Of a stretch of 64,000 nt of DNA, positions 59,613-64,000 are shown one piece after another (the stretch's first letter is position 1; each line of letters starts with the position of its first letter). A program made the translations under genes and the position numbers. The notes below the pieces were generated by a model. The model was not told where the DNA came from and did no database searches. It saw only the letters and a list, made by a program, of their open reading frames with translations. This DNA comes from Desulfatiglandales bacterium (lineage in GTDB: Bacteria > Desulfobacterota > DSM-4660 > Desulfatiglandales > Desulfatiglandaceae): assembly GCA_963666345.1 (NCBI GenBank), contig OY762721.1, forward strand, positions 800,001-864,000. The letters run 5' to 3'.

Positions 59613-59699
59613 TCAATCCTCCGGCACCCTTTTTTCCGGTTCCATAGAGCCGGCTTTCAGTGCCAGGATATCGGCTTTAATTTCCGCTAAGGAGTGCAA
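59613..59699 (-). pseudogene. Short fragment resembling a type I RM HsdM C-terminus
   Basis: LHSLAEIKADILALK...* ends 2 bp before the rhuM start. Confidence 0.45.
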
Positions 59700-59877
59700 C
59701 TGTTTCTACCCGCGTTTCTACCTTTCTTTTCTCCACAACCTTTGGAAATCCAAATTCCACCCACAGACCTGAGTGCTCATAACGCAACTTCGGCTTCGGA
59801 ACATTCTATCAATAATGGAACATAGGTGTATAATATTTTGAATAATTGTGGGATAATTCAAGTTTCAGAAACTGAAT

Positions 59878-60173
59878 CCGCAACGAACCTATAATCCCCT
59901 TTTCGGCATCAAAAATGGCGATATAGGCCATATTTTTGACCCTTTTCAGACTTCTTTCTTATTTATTTCATGGATTTATCGCGGCCCTGCCCCAAATTCC
60001 GTCCTCTCAATCGTAGACTTAAACCTTTTTTTGTGGCCAACAGCGGTGGTTCCCCGCAACAACCTATAATGCCCTTTTCGGCATCAAAAATGGCGATATA
60101 GGCTTTATTTTTAACCTTTTTCAGACTTCTTTCTATGTTATTTCATGGAGTTATCGCGGCCCGACCCCAAATT
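59878..60173. repeat. Two near-tandem ~120-bp direct repeats (59878-59998, 60054-60173)
   Basis: Shared CCTTTTCGGCATCAAAAATGGCGATATAGGC, TTTCAGACTTCTTTCT and TTATCGCGGCCC..CCCCAAATT. Confidence 0.9.
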
Positions 60174-60296
60174 AAAATTAAAAGCAAGACGTAATCGAAA
60201 AAGATTCATCTGTTGCATGGACAGGTGTTTTTTCTCTTGACTAGCCCTTTAATGGGTGACCCCTTTCTCCCCTTTCTCGGTTACGCGTGTGGCACG

Positions 60297-60498
60297 CCAT
60301 GGCTACCAATGCCACCCGCGTTGTCGGACCGGCGGTAGGCGGCATTCTGATTGTTGCCTTTGGCGCTGCAGGTAAATTCCTGTTGCAGTCGGCGCTGTAC
60401 CTGTGTATGGTGGCTCATTTTCCCGATGAGAGTGCCGTACCGAGACACTGCATCAGCCAGTAACGCGTCGGCCCTGCGCAATCTGCAAGAGGGCATCC
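60297..60498 (+). pseudogene. Internal fragment of an MFS transporter
   Basis: MATNATRVVGPAVGGILIVAFGAAG.FLLQSALYLCMV, then frameshift to LIFPMRVP...SALRNLQEGI. Confidence 0.65.
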
Positions 60499-60509
60499 AG
60501 GAGGATTTG

Positions 60510-61952
60510 ATGCATACAGTAACATTTCACCGGCTGCCGGTTCTTTTTTTATTATCCGTAAGTTGTTTCTGCTTTTACCTGTCCGTTATGATCCCGGCGC
60601 CAAGCGCTTTTGCCCAGCCGGTCGGTGAAATCGGTGCGGCGAAGGGGAATGAAGCTGTAGTTGAGAAGCTTCGTAAGATGACTCCCGAGGAAATTGCAAA
60701 CCTGGATGCCTTTCTGGCCCAGGCCCTGACACTTTATTATGACCGCAAATTTGCACTGGCGCTTCCCATTTTCAAGGAATTGGCCGATAAGGTCGAGACC
60801 ATGGACATCATGTTCTGGCTCGGCACCAGTGCGGCCCAGGCGGGCGAGACTCATCTGGCAATTGAAAAATTTCAGAAAATGCTCGCCATCAATCCGAGGC
60901 TGCACCGGGTCCGGCTGGAACTGGCCGCGGCTTTCTTTAAACTGGGGCGGGATGCGGCTGCGCGCAAAGAGCTGCAATTCGTCCTTGACGCGAACCCTCC
61001 GGCAGCTGTCCGGTCGAACATCGATAAAATAATGGCCGCTATTGATGAAAGAACGCGAACTGTATCCTCGAATTTTCGATTGTCCACCGGGTACATGTGG
61101 GATAACAACATAACCTCCGGTCCCGATCCCGGTGTTTACAACCTTCCGGGGGGCTCCTCGTTTTGTCCGGCGCCGACTTCGGCAAAACTTTCCGACCAGG
61201 CCTCGGTCACTAGTTTTGCCGGGAATCTGCTCTATGATCTCGGTGAAAGGCAGGGGCTGATGTGGAACACCACCGCTTCGGCCTACCTGAAGTTTTACAA
61301 GAATTACAGCGAGTTTGATTACATGGCCCTGGATGTCAATACGGGGCCGTGGTGGACAACGCAGCAGGGTATTTTTAAATTTCCTTTGGGCTACACGCAC
61401 ACGGAATACGGCAGCGATCGCTTGTCCTATATCCTTCACATCGACCCCAGCTACGAGTATTTTTTTAACAGCACCGTCAGCCTGAGAGGATCGTATACTT
61501 ACAAGAACGAACGGTTCTATCAGAAATTACGCGCTGATAATTTCGACAATACCGGCCATATCGTGGAGCTTGCCCCGACAATATATCTCGGCAACCGCCG
61601 GCATATCATTTCGGCCTCTTTGGGGTATGACTATCATGATGCGGAAAATGATATCTTCTCCTATTCCGCACCGATAGCCGGGATCAGCTATTTTACCTGG
61701 TTCCCCACCCGCACGGAGCTGTACCTGAGCTACCAGTGGACCCGGCGGGATTATGATGATCCCCAGCTGTTTCCGTACGCCGGCTTGAAGCGGGAAGACA
61801 TCCGTCATTTGTTCACCGGCGTGCTGAGCCAGCGGATTTATAAATATTTAAACCTGTCCTATGCCTTTACATATACGGACAACGATTCCAATCTTGCATT
61901 GAACGATTGGCGCAAGACGACTCACACCGTCAGCTTGGGCTGTCAGTTTTAA
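60510..61952 (+). CDS. TPR + outer-membrane beta-barrel protein (SLAM/DUF560-like)
   Basis: ATG 60510 after GGAGG; signal peptide (AFA/Q); TPR-like segment with RVRLELAAAFFKLG; YMWDNNIT; Tyr-rich beta strands; terminal Phe. Confidence 0.72.
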   Translation: MHTVTFHRLPVLFLLSVSCFCFYLSVMIPAPSAFAQPVGEIGAAKGNEAVVEKLRKMTPEEIANLDAFLAQALTLYYDRKFALALPIFKELADKVETMDIMFWLGTSAAQAGETHLAIEKFQKMLAINPRLHRVRLELAAAFFKLGRDAAARKELQFVLDANPPAAVRSNIDKIMAAIDERTRTVSSNFRLSTGYMWDNNITSGPDPGVYNLPGGSSFCPAPTSAKLSDQASVTSFAGNLLYDLGERQGLMWNTTASAYLKFYKNYSEFDYMALDVNTGPWWTTQQGIFKFPLGYTHTEYGSDRLSYILHIDPSYEYFFNSTVSLRGSYTYKNERFYQKLRADNFDNTGHIVELAPTIYLGNRRHIISASLGYDYHDAENDIFSYSAPIAGISYFTWFPTRTELYLSYQWTRRDYDDPQLFPYAGLKREDIRHLFTGVLSQRIYKYLNLSYAFTYTDNDSNLALNDWRKTTHTVSLGCQF

Positions 61953-61971
61953 TAAAAAAGGGAGTAAACAC

Positions 61972-63777
61972 ATGGTAAGATCCTATCCGTCCATCGCCTG
62001 TAAGTTTGGTTTGCTGCTTTGCGCTGCGGCCGTATTGTTTTTCCCCGCCGGCACTGCGGCCCAGGAAAAAGGCGACGGTGTTGCACCCGCCGGCCTTTCC
62101 GAAGAATTGCAGGGAATGAGAATCAGCGATGTCTTCATCCCGCTTTTAGCCGAGTCGGTGGGAACCATCCAGTCGCTCAAAGGCCGGCTGGTCGTTCGCC
62201 ATGGCGACACGGCGCGGGCCTATTATGCCGCACCGGGAAACCAGCTGTACGAAAACGATAGCCTTTTTACACTGAAAGATAGCCGCTGCCGTGTAAAGTT
62301 TATTACCGACGATATCATCACCATGGGGGCAAACAGCCGCATCCGCGTCGATCAACTGGCGGATGACCGCAGCGCCTGGGAAAAGCGATCCGTATTCAGC
62401 ATGTTCAAGGGCAAGGCGATGTTTTACGCCCTGCGCCTGTTTCGCTACAAAAAAGTAACGGCCGAGGTGCGTACCCCTACGGCGGTTGCCGGAATCCGGG
62501 GAACTAAATTCGGAGTCGAGGTGGGTAATGCAGAAATAAAGCAGGTCTCCGCCGGCCCTGCCTATACGGCGAATGCTTCAGGAAGCCTGCCGCCGGGGTC
62601 GCTGGCGAAAAATAATCTCGGGGAAGGATTTCGTACAACGGTGTATGGTTTTGACGGAGAGGTTCAAGTGGCCCCGACAGATGGCAGCACGCCCCAGATA
62701 GTGGGCGCAGGCGAGACTGTTACGGTGGGCCTGGCAGGAACCGTTGAAGTGACGCCCACCCCGCCGGATACGGCCCGGCAGTTTGCCTTGGAAACCGGTG
62801 AAGCGGGCGGTGCCGCAGCGGGAGGTGACGGAAGTGGCGATGCGGGAACCGGTGAAGCGGGAGGTGCCGCAACGGGAGATATCAATGCCTATGCCACTGC
62901 CGGAAGCGCCGAAGCCGGCGCTGCTGACCTGAATCAGAATCTGACCACCCAGACCATTCAGCAGTCGGTTGTCTCCGGTGCCCGGGTCGGCTATTTTTCG
63001 GCACTTCTGACCCGATATGATGGGGGGAGCGCACTAGCGGATATTTATACCAATTCCACAAGAGCGGATTTTAATAGCGATCAGATCTCCGGAAATTCCA
63101 TTGTGGACCCGGTCGGCTTCGCGGTGTTAACCGGCATCGGGACCCAGGATGAGTCCTATATCAAGCAGATCAAAACCGGTGCCGCCTTCGACAGCGGGGA
63201 TCTGGGTACCACCCGGCCGATGGACAATCCGGATAATTTCCCCGGCTGGCCGAATGAAGACCTTCCGGGCGAAAGCGCTTATATGGAATGGGGCTTCTGG
63301 CGTATGTCCGACTGGGTTCCCGGGGATGATACGACACCCACGTATGCCATTACAGACAGGGCCTATTATGTCTGCGGCGTGGTTACCCCGGATGCGGCGG
63401 CAGCCGGCATTGTCGGCACCTATGCCGGTTCTGCCTGGGGCACCTATTTCAACGCCGATGGCGGCATCGACATGACCGGCGGGTTCACCTGCGACGTCAA
63501 TGTTCCGGCCGGATCGGTGTCGGGATTTGACCTGGCTGTTTCCGGTTCAGATGGCATGACGGCTGAAATTATTGATGGCACCGGCAGTTTTGTCGGTTCC
63601 AGCGGCGAGTTTGAGATCACCGGCGGGAGCTGGTATTTAAACGAAGCGCCGGCCGTATACAAGTCGCTGAGCGGCTCACTGTATGGATCGGCCGGAGAAC
63701 AAATCGGCGGAGCCTGGGCCATGGGTGTTGGAGCGGACAACAATGCCGCAGTGGGGATTTTCGTCGGTGACAAGTAG
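61972..63777 (+). CDS. Exported FecR-domain protein with Gly/Ala linker and TbpB-like C-terminal barrel
   Basis: Signal peptide; VRTPTAVAGIRGTKF; duplicated TGEAGGAA linker (62793-62824 / 62847-62878); ends GSLYGSAGEQIGGAW...AVGIFVGDK. Confidence 0.72.
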   Translation: MVRSYPSIACKFGLLLCAAAVLFFPAGTAAQEKGDGVAPAGLSEELQGMRISDVFIPLLAESVGTIQSLKGRLVVRHGDTARAYYAAPGNQLYENDSLFTLKDSRCRVKFITDDIITMGANSRIRVDQLADDRSAWEKRSVFSMFKGKAMFYALRLFRYKKVTAEVRTPTAVAGIRGTKFGVEVGNAEIKQVSAGPAYTANASGSLPPGSLAKNNLGEGFRTTVYGFDGEVQVAPTDGSTPQIVGAGETVTVGLAGTVEVTPTPPDTARQFALETGEAGGAAAGGDGSGDAGTGEAGGAATGDINAYATAGSAEAGAADLNQNLTTQTIQQSVVSGARVGYFSALLTRYDGGSALADIYTNSTRADFNSDQISGNSIVDPVGFAVLTGIGTQDESYIKQIKTGAAFDSGDLGTTRPMDNPDNFPGWPNEDLPGESAYMEWGFWRMSDWVPGDDTTPTYAITDRAYYVCGVVTPDAAAAGIVGTYAGSAWGTYFNADGGIDMTGGFTCDVNVPAGSVSGFDLAVSGSDGMTAEIIDGTGSFVGSSGEFEITGGSWYLNEAPAVYKSLSGSLYGSAGEQIGGAWAMGVGADNNAAVGIFVGDK

Positions 63778-64000
63778 GGGGAGTGTCACAACCCCGGTTG
63801 ATCCCCCGACAATACCGTAATCGCCGCCGCCCTGGGGCGGCACGATTGTGGAAATTCAAACACCTTACTTAATTATTGAAAGAAGAACTAAACCGCTGCG
63901 CGGTAGCCATCCCATCGCCTGTTTCATCGGATTATAATACCAGTCTACATACATCATCCTTTGTCAAACCGTCAGCCTGTGCTGGCGGATATCAAAATCA

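Noticed and set aside
60351..60509. N-terminal extension of the TPR/barrel ORF
   Set aside because: It is MFS pseudogene sequence; the RBS and signal peptide point to ATG 60510.
60552..61439. 295-aa antisense ORF and similar long antisense ORFs (861-1481, 2652-3236, 39278-39964, 42205-42837)
   Set aside because: They lie opposite well-supported genes and have no recognisable motifs.
63838..63853. Sigma54-like GGCACG site near the window end
   Set aside because: The -12 element is GG rather than GC, and the site sits in a GC hairpin.
1..64000. CRISPR array, rRNA or prophage
   Set aside because: No regularly spaced repeat-spacer array, rRNA signature, cas gene or phage structural gene was seen.

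Overview
A 64-kb chromosomal segment of an anaerobic Desulfobacterota-like (deltaproteobacterial) genome; the taxon is inferred from gene content (Hdr complexes, selenocysteine use, sigma54 activator). From 1 to 13 kb: the end of a tripartite tricarboxylate transporter operon, a GAF/sigma54 activator, moaD/moeB-like genes, and a heterodisulfide-reductase-like operon. That operon has a membrane subunit fusing a cytochrome b domain, a CxxCH motif and HdrC-type Fe-S modules, then hdrB, then an hdrA read through an in-frame UGA with a SECIS-like hairpin; apbE follows. From 13 to 30 kb: a core housekeeping block with hflX (probable ATC start), dnaB, rplI, rpsR, rpsF, yggU/yggT, RNase P RNA, nif3, rpoD, dnaG, hisA/hisB and three tRNAs. 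From 30 to 45 kb: mixed metabolic genes (trxC, APC permease, tryptophan-dioxygenase-like, cyanophycinase-like, tex, rnd, uup). From 45 to 60 kb: an accessory patchwork of unrelated genes and gene fragments separated by co-oriented short repeats ending in ...GACCCC. It also contains an IS200 remnant, a vapBC integron cassette with intact attC-type ends but no integrase in the window, and rhuM/hsdM debris. From 60.5 to 63.8 kb: a TPR + beta-barrel (SLAM/DUF560-like) gene paired with a FecR-domain/TbpB-like-barrel protein, a candidate type XI secretion pair. No CRISPR array or rRNA was seen. All family assignments are by motif recognition; no searches were run.
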